A stretch of DNA of 64,000 nucleotides. It comes from the human T2T-CHM13v2.0 reference genome, Homo sapiens. The position numbers and the translations under genes were made by a program. The stretch lies in NCBI RefSeq assembly GCF_009914755.1, contig NC_060929.1. The stretch is one strand, 5' to 3'. Of this stretch, positions 28,528 through 40,667 are shown one piece after another (positions within the stretch are counted from its first letter, which is position 1; every line of letters starts with the position of its first letter). The notes beneath the pieces are model-generated. The model worked only from the letters and a program-made list of their open reading frames with translations, was not told the DNA's origin and did no database searches.

Positions 28528-28658
28528 TGGTGTAAGGCTGGAGAATGTACCAGCAGGACCTCAGCACCTGAACATCTGGCCGGAGAGTGGAGCCTGTGGA
28601 GTCCTTGTAGCCGAACCTGCAGTGCTGGGATCAGCAGTCGAGAGCGCAAATGTCCTGG
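28528..28658 (+). CDS. ADAMTS19: ADAMTS19 exon: end of disintegrin-like domain and first part of TSR1 ([44 protein letters not shown])
   Basis: ggaatag| acceptor and GG|gtaaac donor; 131 nt, phase 0-2; WxxWxxCSRTC thrombospondin type-1 motif. Confidence 0.95.
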
Positions 28659-29560
28659 GTAAACTCAAAGTTCCTGGTTGGGGGAGGGCACTTTTCAATT
28701 TTGGAATGCAAAGGTTTTACTGATAAAGCATGTTGGAAAGCAAAAGAAGCTCCTCAAACTCTACTCACGTTGGAAAACAGAAAAGTCCTTCAAATTATTT
28801 ATTTTATATAAAAACTGCCTTTAAGAAGAAAATAAAGACCAACCCTTCTAAGAATAAGTAATGAAAGCTATAAAAGGTTATTTCTTGAGTAAATCTATAA
28901 AATATTTCAATAAACAGGAAGATGTGTATTAGAAAAATTATGTGAACATTTACAGGAACTGGGAGAAGAGCAGAAGGATGATAAGAAAGAGAATGAGAAC
29001 AAAATTAATGACAGCAAAAGCTAAGACTAACGAAAAACAGAAACATGCTAAGCACAGGTACAGACAGGAATTATTATGGGATCAGCTTGTTCAACCCCAT
29101 TATTCCTAGAGGAATTCTAGCAAAGTATGAGAAAGTCATTCCAGCTTGTGAGCTTTAAACTCTATTGGTGTAGAGGTCACATGCAGTCTTAAAGAATTTA
29201 TATGAATTTATGTAAAAACACCTCCTTAAAAATTCTAAGAACCAAATTTCTTAATGGGCATTTGAAGGCTTTCTATTTTCCCTTCAGTTTCTGCCCTTTA
29301 CTCTAATGTATCATTTTCATGGCAAGTGGGATTTTATTCCTCATGTATTTTGGAAGGTATATTGATCAAGGATTAGAAAATATATATAGTTAAAGAAATA
29401 AATATATGAATTTGCTACTACTATCATTTAATGTGTCCAAGTTTTCAAAAGTAAATATAATATAAGGAGTTATATATTATTAATATAATGGCTTTTAATT
29501 TAAAACCTAGGTAGTTAACATAAAAAACATAAAATTGATTATTTGTACTTTCTTTTCTAG

Positions 29561-29733
29561 GCTAGATTCTGAAGCAAGGGATTGTAATGGTCCCAGAAAA
29601 CAATACAGAATATGTGAGAATCCACCTTGTCCTGCAGGTTTGCCTGGATTCAGAGACTGGCAATGTCAGGCTTATAGTGTTAGAACTTCCTCCCCAAAGC
29701 ATATACTTCAGTGGCAAGCTGTCCTGGATGAAG
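29561..29733 (+). CDS. ADAMTS19: ADAMTS19 exon: end of TSR1 and start of Cys-rich domain (LDSEARDCNGPRKQYRICENPPCPAGLPGFRDWQCQAY...WQAVLDE)
   Basis: tcttttctag| acceptor and AAG|gtatga donor; 173 nt, phase 2-1; C...PC and FR..QC motifs. Confidence 0.96.
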
Positions 29734-29909
29734 GTATGACCAACCAGATCACCACCATCTTTGTTAACTAGATTTCTAGGTTTGCGAAGTGTTTTTACAA
29801 TAGTCAGATTATTTTACCTATTATCTTCAAAATATTTCTGAACTTTAATTTTTTCTACCTGTATGGACATATAATAACCACAAGCACTGACAAAAATATA
29901 TTTTAAAAA

Positions 29910-30625
29910 TATGAGGAGCTGTTACCCCATACCTATTAGAACAACTAAAATACAAAGCAGTGACAACACTAACTGCTAGTGAGGATAAGGAGAAACTGGA
30001 TCTCTCAGGCATTGCTTGGTGGGATTGTAAAATCGTGCAGCCACTTTGGAAAATATAGTTTGACAGTTTTGTAAATAACTAAACATACACTAACAATACA
30101 GAAATCATACTCCTGAGTGATGGAATACTCCTCAGCACTAAAGAGGAGCAAACTATTAATACATGCAACAACCTGATAGATCTCAGAGCATTATGCTGAG
30201 TGAAAAATGCCAATCTCAAAAGGTCCCATGTTATGTGATTTCATGTGATAATATTCTTGAAATTATAAAATTATAGAGATGGAAAACAAATTCATACAAA
30301 TTAGTGGTTGCCAGGGATTAGGGATGGTGGTGGGGAGAGGGATGGGTATTACTATAAAGGGGTAGAATGAGGAAGATCTTTGTGCTAATGAATAGTTTCA
30401 GACCTTGATTGCGGCAGTGGTTGCACAAATCTACAAATGTGATAAAATGGCGTACAGCTATACACACACAGGTACAAATGCCAGTTTCCTGGGTTTGCTG
30501 TAGTTCTATAGTTGCTCAGGTATAACCATGGGGAGAAACTGAATGAAAGGTAGGTGGGAACTCTCTGTACTATTTCTGCAAGTTATTCTAAATATTTAAT
30601 TATTTCAAAATAAGAATTTTAAGAA
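29910..30625 (+). mobile_element. L1MC/L1MD-type 3' end
   Basis: cagccactttggaaaa, attatgctgagtgaaaaa, tagtggttgccaggg and gaactctctgtactattt motifs. Confidence 0.8.
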
Positions 30626-30658
30626 AATTGTATGCTGCCTTATTAGTTAAGAATGATA

Positions 30659-30945
30659 TGCCAAGCAAGGTGGCTCACACCTGTAATCTCACCATTTTGG
30701 GAGGCCAAGGCAAACAGATTGCTTGAGCTCAAGAGTTTGTAACCAGCCTGGGCAAGATGGCAAAACCCTGTCTCTACCAAAAATACAGAAAAAAAAATTA
30801 GCTGGGTGTTGTGGCATGTGCCTGTAGTCCCAGCTACTCAGGAGGCTGAGGCAAGCCCAGGAGGCAGAGGTTACAGTGAGCCAAGATGGTGCCACTTTAC
30901 TCTAGCCTGGGTGACAGAGTGAGACCCTGTCTCAAAGAAAAGAAA
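30659..30945 (+). mobile_element. AluJ-like
   Basis: gattgcttgagctc...cctgggcaa; small deletion in the right arm. Confidence 0.88.
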
Positions 30946-31059
30946 AATGATAATACTTGCCCATGGTGAGTGGGCTGTGGGTGTGGGCTGAGTTGCAGCC
31001 ACCAAAAGTGGTGACAGATCATCTGATTTCATTGGTTATGATGCCACTAGTCTCTCTTT

Positions 31060-32600
31060 TCTCCCCTTAGTCAATTTGAACTTTGCTTTCCATCATTCCA
31101 GTTACACTCTTCTCAATAACCTAAACTCCATTGCCTGTCCATTTCAGTGCCCCCATCTGATGAAACCCTTTTCTCACAGTAGCACCTACATACAAGCACT
31201 AATGGAAACAGCCAAACAATAGGGCAGATTATTCCACTACTAGTGGTGGTGGGGGGAAATATAGCAGCCACCAGATTACCTCCTTATTTTCTGCTATCAA
31301 GACACGTTAGCCTAACGTAGGATACTTCATCTGCTTTCTGCTATATGGCAGAATTTTAATTCCTCCTTTCCAAGGCCAGTCCCTCCAGTTGTGGCCTTGA
31401 TGCCATCCCCATCTTCCTCTTTCAGCTATCTTATTGATTACCCCCACTTTCTCTCATATAGTTAATCTTCTCTGTTTTGGATCATTCACATTTAATTTTT
31501 TAACATATTTAAGACTCTCCCACTAAAACATAAAAACTTCCCCTCAAGATCATAGCCATCTTGAGCTGGTGCACCTACATGTTTCTCTCCTCACAACCAC
31601 CCTTCTCAAAAGACCTGCCTATATCCCAGCCCTTTGTGTTTTTCCCTTCAATCTGGATTCCACCAACACAAGTCTTTCTAATGTCATCCAGGAGTCTCAT
31701 GGAAACAAAACCTAATAAATAGTTTCCCATCCTCTTCTTAGTTGACTCTTAAATACATTAAGGTGGCTGCCCACCCCCATGGTTCTTGGAACACTCGTGT
31801 GCCCTGCTTGGTTGCTGTGTTGTTAACACCTACCCGGCTTTCCTACTACATCTCTGGTATGTTCTCCTTCTGCCTACTTCAAACACTATTCTGTTTTCAC
31901 TGTGCATTTTCTTTTTAGGTGATATTATCTATTCCTATGACTTCAAATATGCAAATAATACATGAGTTTACGTCTTCAACTAGATTTTCCATTTGAGCTC
32001 CAAACTTGTATGTACAACTCCCTTGTTGATATATCTAATTGGATATCTGCAGGTTTAAGACCAAACTCATGATCATAACCCTTCCTATTCATGTCCATTT
32101 GATCCTCTTTAGTGTGTCCCATATCATTGAAGGTAACACTTGCTTTTCAGTTGCACAAACTTGATCACCTGATTTATAAGGATATTTCTGTGTCCTGCCC
32201 CCTTTAACTTCTCCTGCCTCATTTCCATCATTCTCTTTTATAGAATCCTATATGGCCAGGCTGACTTCCATTCCACCCCTTAGATACATCTGCTCTCTTA
32301 TTTTTGGGCCTTTATACCAGCTGGGTTTTGACATAATAGGCTTTCCTTCTCAAGCTTTGACATCGTTCTTTATTTATTTACCTTGAACACTTCTGCTGAT
32401 TTTGGGGTTCAGTGTATGTCAGTTCCTCTAGGAAGAAAGAATCCCTCTGATCCTCCAAATTATGTGTCCCTTCCAAGTACCACACACACAACCTGTAATA
32501 GCACATTTTATTGTGTCTGCATTCCCTCTAATGTCTGTCCCTAGTGTATCATCTACTGTATATTAAGTGTCCAATGAATATTTGTTAAATAAATTTGAAT
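31060..32600. mobile_element. L2 fragments
   Basis: Pyrimidine-rich degraded L2 phrases ending tgaatatttgttaaataaat; approximate. Confidence 0.55.
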
Positions 32601-35068
32601 ACATAGCCAGTAACTTTTTATTATAAAAATATAATCAATATGACTGTTCACATCATGAAAATTTTCTGATTATTTGAATGTTAATCCTGTCTCTACTTCC
32701 AACTGGCTGTGACAGTTAATAATGTCAAGTTTATTTGAAACCCATTTACTTACGTGTGAAATAAGAGATAGAAAATAGGTGTTCTCCAAATTAAAAAAAA
32801 ATCAGAGTTGGATGGGCATGAATTTAAAACACTAAAGCTGTTAGAAATCACAATTAAAGGAACTTCTGACTCTTACAAAGTGATGTATATCATCAAAATA
32901 ATCCACAATACCTATTTGTATAATCAGCAGGTTACCATTTGTGATGATTTTGCAACACATATCAATCAAACTCATCAGTCTATATTTCAAATAAAATATA
33001 CAACAGTCACTAGCCTACATGTATTATAGCGCTGTGGAAGAAATGGAAATACACAATTCTTTTAAAAACATGTGACACCTTAAAATACAAGTGGCTGTAT
33101 CTGTTATATAATACTTGAATCCCTGCCTAGGAGAATTAAATGTGGGGTAGCAATGCAGCAGTGAACATTTATTTTTAGAGAAAAGACATGCATGGCTTCA
33201 ACATTCAGGTATTTCACATACTTTGTGTGTGCCAAAATTTGGCTGAAATCCATGTCTATTGCATATCTTGGAAAGAGTTGGTCTCTTAAATCAAGACAGA
33301 ACCTGCCTGCCAAGTATGGCATGTTACATGGATCACTACAGTGTCACAGCCTTGAGAGTATACTCCAGAAATGAAGAGTGGTATCAAATGTTTATGTCAT
33401 CTGTACAGCTAAAGTCAGCAGAGTGTGTTGGCAATATGTTTTAAAAGGAGAAATAAAAAGATTTTTATCTGAATTTTTGCTTGGAATATGAATGGAATTT
33501 TCTAGGAGACTAACTCCTTTCAATATTATTTATTCATATATCTGGTTTGCTCTTCTCTTCAATGAAAACTCCAGAAAGAGCATTATATATACCACTTTTA
33601 AAGTGTTGCAATTATAGCAGCTGTTTTTAAGTTCAAAGATATGACATAGTAAGCAGTCATTGAATAAACATAACCTACTTTGAGGTGTGAGAGCACACGG
33701 AAATGCTTTATTGCGGCTTATAATGGCATCTTAAAGGAAAATTTCAAAACCATGCACATTAAAGGCCATGTTCCAACTCCCCAAAATTGTTGAGAGCAGT
33801 ATTCAGAAGCCACATGTGAAAACTGTTTGAAATGTTCACTTCTGAAGGTTCATTTAACTGTCTGTCTTCTCTTTGCAAAGTGATACCCTGTTCCATGCCT
33901 CTGGCTGTTATTTGGTATTTATAGAATCCCATCAGCATACGTGGAACTTTACTGAAGACATAAGGGAAGATCAGTGTCAGAGACTTTAAACTTTTTTCCA
34001 TTCTATTTATATAAGCTTAATAAACAGTAAAGGACCTGACTGGCATCAAGCCAATAGAGTAGTAATGTAGCATGGAAATTGCTCTGACGTTTCAGATTTG
34101 GATAATAGTATTACTAGTGTTACCAAATACTGCAGCTCCTCTGTAGGAGGCTTAGAAATGGACATAGCACTTTAAAAATATCGTGCCACTTTCTGAGCCT
34201 AAAAGGCAAGTGTTTTAACCCCAAACATCCTATCTGATTGCTCAATGATGCACAAAGAAGACTCGCAGCTGCTTAGGAATTATTTACCTGGAATAAAAGT
34301 TCTCAACCTAGATATCGTACACAACGACATGGTTTCTGCATAAGTAGTGAAGGGGACAGAGTTCTCACTAGCACATCAGCAGTTGCGCATAACTATGGAT
34401 GCTCTCATGGGATGGTATTGCATTTCAAAACAATATTTCTGTTGCATTGTAGTAACAATCCTAGTAACAGAAATGTTTTTTACAAATGCAATTCTTACTA
34501 CAATCCTAGTAACAGAAAATTTCATGAGAATTCTCATCTTAGAGGCTCTTCTTTCTCCCTTTAGACATTTTTTCAATTAGAAAATGTCAACTATATAGAA
34601 ATAAATACTAGCACATTGAAATTTAGAAGTAAGACATCAATAAATAATTCAAGCATGAAGTAAATCTTAACCAGGACTTAAAGACAGGTAGAATCCTGGT
34701 GTCTACTAAAGATGAAGAGGATATCATTTCAAAAAAAATATGAGCATAAAATTGGGGTGTGCCAATATTATTCAGGGAGGAGGTCTGGATTGTGTGTGCT
34801 AGATATGTTCTGCCATAAAATAACAAATGATACATTTTAAGGTAATTTGAAGCCAGATTTCTTAGAAGATTAATATTCATTAAACATCTCCAGGCACCTA
34901 ATTTATTGCACATAGAAATCTTCTAATGTTATCTACTCTAACATTACATTACTTAATTAGCATTGAATTATATTTTTTACTCAATAACGATTCTTAAAAA
35001 TGAAGCTTAAGATAAAAATATTTATGGGGTAACTTTTTCTCATTTCTTTTTATCTACTCTGTATGTAG

Positions 35069-35196
35069 AAAAACCATGTGCCTTGTTTTGCTCTCCTGTT
35101 GGAAAAGAACAGCCTATTCTTCTATCAGAAAAAGTGATGGATGGAACTTCTTGTGGCTATCAGGGATTAGATATCTGTGCAAATGGCAGGTGCCAG
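35069..35196 (+). CDS. ADAMTS19: ADAMTS19 exon: Cys-rich domain (EKPCALFCSPVGKEQPILLSEKVMDGTSCGYQGLDICANGRCQ)
   Basis: gtatgtag| acceptor and CAG|gtaaga donor; 128 nt, phase 1-0; V.DGT.C and IC..G.C motifs. Confidence 0.96.
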
Positions 35197-35825
35197 GTAA
35201 GACATTCCAAAAAAAAAAAGAATTTATATGTTGAAGGAAAATTGTGGGACCACTGAGCAGCTTCACAGCATGGTGGAAAGCTTTGGACTTAGATTCAAAA
35301 GATGTTGCTATAGTCCTGCCTTGACTGTGACCTTGAGCAAGTCTGATTTACTTTGAAACCTCATTTTTCCATCTGTGTAATAATGGGTTTGACTTGGTAC
35401 TCCATAAAATCTATTACTAACTGAAAGAATCTGAGATTTTGATTGTGTAATATATATATTAAAGGTTTAAAATTGGAGCACTTTGGACATTTTATGTCAA
35501 AATATTTCAGACCAAAAATTCAAGCACTCTAGTTCTCCATGCTTTGTGTCTAAGACTGAGCCATGAGTCAAAAATCAATAAAATTGACCTTATAACTCAT
35601 ATTCAAGTATCATCAATATACTTGAATCAGATGATTTTTAAATGCATATTCAACTTTCTTTAATAAACATTTTATTTGCTTTTCTCTCTTTTAAAAAATT
35701 TCCATTTATATGCATGTATGTGCTTTTCATCTATGTTTAGAAAAAGTAGAATTCCTGTTAAAGTGATTATGAAGAGCATAGTGGAGAGATCAAAGTGTAG
35801 AAGTGAGCAGTTGCTAGTCATGGTT

Positions 35826-36233
35826 CTGCCACTGTCTCAAGTTGACATTCCCTGGAAGATTAATATGCACAAAGTTTAATGCCAAGTGTTTTCATGATCA
35901 ACATCTATGTGGAGATAAGGAAGAGGCAGGTTTGGGCACAGGGTGAAATCAGGTTCTGGTGCAGTCACAAGACCTTAGCTGACCCTGTGGGAAGTGCTTA
36001 AACTGGCATGGGGCTTGAGAGTTGTTACCATTTTGGTGAGAAAATCAGGCCATTTACTCTCAGCATCTACTATTGTTTGGATACAAGCTGCCCCAGGAAG
36101 TGGCTACAACCTTGGGGAAAGCAGGTTTCCTTAGTCTAGATAGTTTCTGATAAACCTTCCAGAAGCAGGAAAGAAATAAATCCTTTGGCAATGAAAGAGG
36201 CTGCTGAGTGGAGTGGCACTGCATCCATGACAG
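35826..36233. mobile_element. LTR16-like ERVL LTR
   Basis: ggcaggtttgggcacagggtgaa...gctgaccctgtgggaagt...gagagttgt...caaccttggggaaagcagg. Confidence 0.65.
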
Positions 36234-38765
36234 CCTTTAGGAAACTGTTAATTGGGCAAATCACTTAAAATATATTTGCATGCATGAACTAATCTGTAAA
36301 ATAAAGTTGGTAGACCACTGGTCATTGACTTTGTGCTATATACACTCCTTTGAGAATTTGATGAATTTTTTTTTCCTCGTAAAAATGCACAACTGAACAC
36401 ACACATACACACATACCTGCACACAAATGCCAAAAATTGAAAACAATTTCAAGCTATGAATGGATCAATCCATGATCCAATAGAAGTGTATGTACTTCTG
36501 GGTAAGAAGCTGGGAACAACACGAAACTTAAATCCTTTCTCAGCTCTGAGATTCCATATTTTGCCAGTAGGCTATAAAGTTTAAAGCATAGAATCATGTA
36601 AAACCATTGGCATAGGAAGCAGTCTTTTGACTACATATTAATTTATTTTATTCCTTAACAGAATACGGCAATTACCAAAATGTAGTTTTTCATTAAAAAT
36701 TATAGATATTTTACCTATACATATTTTGTTTTCAGAACTATATTCTGTACTAGTAGAGCTTTCATCTCATCATTATATATAAATCTGTTAGATTATTGTA
36801 TGTCTTAAATGAATTTATTTCTTAAATTGTGCATGTCAAATATAATAGCCTAAATTGCTATGCTTTTTACTTAACAGTATTGTATAAGCCAAATTTTTAC
36901 AGAGTCCCTGGGTAAAAATTAAAATTATAGCAACAACAACAAAGATTTTGCACAAATGCTATGTGGACCTGATGATTATAATTAAATTAGAATTATTTGA
37001 AATGGATTGTGGCTTATAATGGCATTAAAACACTTCAAGATTCTGGCTTTTTAATTAAAATGCTTCATTTAGTCTTTCAATAAAATTGAAAACATGCCTC
37101 TTTAGTTTTTCTGACAACCCTCAACAATTGGGGGTTTGACTAGAGAGTTTTATCACTAAATATATAGCACCAAAGCTGAATGTAGCATTCCAGACTTAGT
37201 GAACGAAAGGCAATTGAAAGCAGACAACTTTCTCTGGTGACCCATTTTGGTTCTGTGATTTTCTCTTACTGAAAACGATAAGGAAGGCTGGAGCCTGTAT
37301 GATCATGTTATTTGCGTATCTCCCGCACACCAGTGGTACCTCAGGTACTTGCTACCAGTCACGAGGCATTGCCTCTTCAAAGTAGTTCATCTTCAACTTT
37401 TGGATTTATGTGAGCATATTTTGATATGTGTGCATACTTAAAACTACCAATTATAAAATACAAAATATTTACCTTTTATTTTTAAAATATATGATTATTG
37501 AACTGCAGTATATATGTCTATTCCTTACTTTTACTTTAGATTTACAGACCTTGTAATATCCTAGTTAAAGGACTGGGAAAAACTAAGAAACTACTAACTA
37601 CCAACGTATTTAATAGTTGAACTATTACTTACTGTTTTCTCACCATTTGCCAAGAGGCAATCTGGGTACCAGGGATAGAGCAATAAAGATACTTTTATCA
37701 TTTCAAAAGTACTCTAGCTCTCCTCAGCTTTTTCCCCATTGGAACATGGAAAGACTTTTCTTCTCAATCCAGGACTCCCAGGTCAGGCTTCTGCTTAATG
37801 TTCTCTTCACATACTTGGTTGTGTTCTGCTCATTTCCTGTGGTGGCTACTTCTTTCATCTAGACATTCTCTTTATTTCTCCCTGAATAAGCTTTGACTTG
37901 CTGATCAGAGTTTTGTGCTAACACTTTGTACCTCTTGACACTGATAGGCCCCGCTTGACAAAAGGAAGGAATGCTGTATTGTGCAGTTTTAATGTGACTT
38001 TTGCTCCCAGCACATTCATCCTGCGGCTGCATTTAATAATCTGCTAGCTTCCCCCACCCCAACACCAGCAGCACCAGTCACAAAGATTCTGTTTTTGTTT
38101 CAGTTGTATTTAATATTTTAAAATTTCCTCTAAAATAATTGGAACCTATTATAAATGGATGTATCATCAGTCTCTGTTCCAAATCCTTCTTAATTAGGAG
38201 GAATTATGTAATACTACCATTTATTTCTGACAGTACTGACATACTAAATCCTGCCCTTTGAGTATGTACAGCTTTGCCTCATCAATGGGAAGTAAACATT
38301 ATTTACAAGAAAAGAGGCAATTGATTTGGCCTTAGAAGATTCATATGAACGAAATTCTTCTGGGGGCTTATAAAAATTAATTCCCCAACTGTTCATATTT
38401 TCTTAAAGCAGCCATAGGTTGTGAGGAGTTCTTACTCACATTCATGTGCTAGGTGCCAAAGGAGATAGGGATGGATAAACTACAGTTGATTCATGAACTG
38501 TAGTAAAAATAAACATCTATGTTCAGTTTTCCAGAAAGTTAATATTTACCATTTAGCACTTACTTTACAATCACTTTAAAAGTTAAGCCATCCATATAGT
38601 GAAGTATATCTGTTCCTTGTTGAGTAGAAGAAATTAAACTAATCATGTTGTATTTAATAGAAATGTGATTTCCTTTGAGACTTATGTAAATTGCATTTTT
38701 CTCAATAATATTTTTTCCAAATTACTTTATGGTATCATTTAATACTTACTATAAAAGATACTCTA

Positions 38766-39047
38766 AGCTGGTCAGAGTGGCTCACACCTATCATCCTAAC
38801 ACTTTGGGAGGCCAAGGCAGGCAGATTACTTGAGCTCAGGAGTTCGAGACCAGCGTGAGCAACATGGTGAAACCTTGTCTCAACAAAAAAACACAAAAAT
38901 TAACCCAGCATGGTGACGCATGCCTATAGTCCCAGCTACTCGGGAGGCTGAGGTGGGAGGCTGGCTTCAGCCTGGGAGGCAGAGGTTGCAGTGAGCCGAG
39001 ATGGAGCCTCTGCACTCCAGCCTAGGTGACAGAACCAGACCCCATCT
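38766..39047 (+). mobile_element. Alu (J-like)
   Basis: Full dimer; tail expanded into a GAAA repeat. Confidence 0.9.
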
Positions 39048-39099
39048 GAAAGAAAAAGAAAGAAAGAAAGAAAAAGAAAGAAAGAAAGAAAGAAAGAAA

Positions 39100-39150
<51 letters not shown>

Positions 39151-39172
39151 GAAGGAAGGAAGGTAGGTAGGT
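39048..39172. repeat. Compound (GAAA)n-(GA)n-(GGAA)n-(GGTA)n microsatellite
   Basis: Pure purine from 39048 to 39163. Confidence 0.95.
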
Positions 39173-39389
39173 TATCTCTCATCACTATCTTGGTAATTTT
39201 ACAGATTATGTTATTTGACATTGGCTTGTGTATTAGCTTGCACCAGAGAATGACATTTTATAATATGACATTTCATAAGTTTTACAATTAAATATATCTG
39301 GTTTATAGAGACTAGGTTTGTCCCAAATTAGTAGTAAAACAAGAAAAGAATACTGCTATTTATGATGTGCTGTCACTCTCTTGTTACAG

Positions 39390-39510
39390 AAAGTTGGCTG
39401 TGATGGTTTATTAGGGTCTCTTGCAAGAGAAGATCATTGTGGTGTATGCAATGGCAATGGAAAATCATGCAAGATCATTAAAGGGGATTTTAATCACACC
39501 AGAGGAGCAG
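39390..39510 (+). CDS. ADAMTS19: ADAMTS19 exon: end of Cys-rich domain and start of spacer ([40 protein letters not shown])
   Basis: ttgttacag| acceptor and CAG|gtaatt donor; 121 nt, phase 0-1; VGCD..LGS...D.CGVC.G motif; NHT sequon. Confidence 0.96.
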
Positions 39511-40353
39511 GTAATTTTTCTTTATTTTTTCATAAATATTAATCCCTGCAATCTTTGGGAACACAGATTATTTTGAATTTAACTTAAGAGATTATAGTTC
39601 TAATTCTATTGAAGACTTGCAATGGGTATTAAATTATTTTTGTGATGACATACAATACATGTGATATGAGCCAAAAATTCTAACAAGCCCATTTCCCAAT
39701 AATGCAAATATGAAGTCATCTGTTGTACATTTAATAAGTTGGAACAGCAAGGGAATAATCTAATTTGCATTGGCTAATGTTATCAGGTTTCTACAGACCT
39801 TATTCTCCAATGCAAAGAATGATGTCTACTGGAAAATAATGATTTGTAACAGCCTAAAGCAACCATTGAGAATAGGAATCCTCTGGTTTTCAGCTTTCCA
39901 TCTTTATTTTTTTCTTAATGTTTTTGCTACATTATCAGGGAGTACGTTTTTGGAAACAGAGGGTCCATGACATTGTAGCATACAACCAAGAGGCGTCAGA
40001 AGATGTGAGATGTGAGATAATGTTCCAAATAGATTAATAGCAGAGTTCATCCTCCCTTGTTTTCTCATCTATAAATACTAATACTCAGGGGATGTGAGAT
40101 TGAAATTATGAATGATCTACATAGTATTCATTTAAAGTAATTCACAACAAAATATGATATTGTCTTTACTGAAATATAATGATCCCAAAATGTGCTTTAT
40201 GTACGGAAAATGCTTTATACTCAGGATCTTAAGCTTACTGGAAAGAAGCAAACATTTTCTGTGTTTACATTAGTCTGTTACCTGGGCATGTGTCTTGCAC
40301 CCTTAATACTGGTATCTATTTTCATGATTGATATGCTTATATCAAATATACTC

Positions 40354-40667
40354 TTTTCTTTTTAAAATTATAGATGTGCTTTTTGAGAGAGTGTTACTCT
40401 GTTGCTCAGGTTGGAGTGCAGTGGTGCATGGCTCACTGCAGCCTTAACCTCCCATGCTCAAACAATCCCCCCAACTCAGTCTCCCAAGTAGCCGGGACTA
40501 GAGGCATGCACCACCATGCCCAGCTAATTTTTTTTTAATTTTGTTTTTTGTAAACATGGGGTCTCACTATGTTCCATAGACTGGTCTCAACTCCTGGGCT
40601 CAAGCAGTCCTCCCATCTTGGCATCCCAAAGTGCTGAGATTATAGGCATGAGCCACTGTGCCCACTC
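40354..40667 (-). mobile_element. AluJ-like
   Basis: ctcctgggctcaagcagtcctccc; degraded dimer. Confidence 0.88.

Noticed and set aside
28425-28649. Antisense ORF over the TSR1 exon
   Set aside because: Shadow of the coding exon.
38967-39291. Lys/Glu/Arg-rich and Phe/Ser-rich ORFs
   Set aside because: Translations of the GAAA microsatellite.
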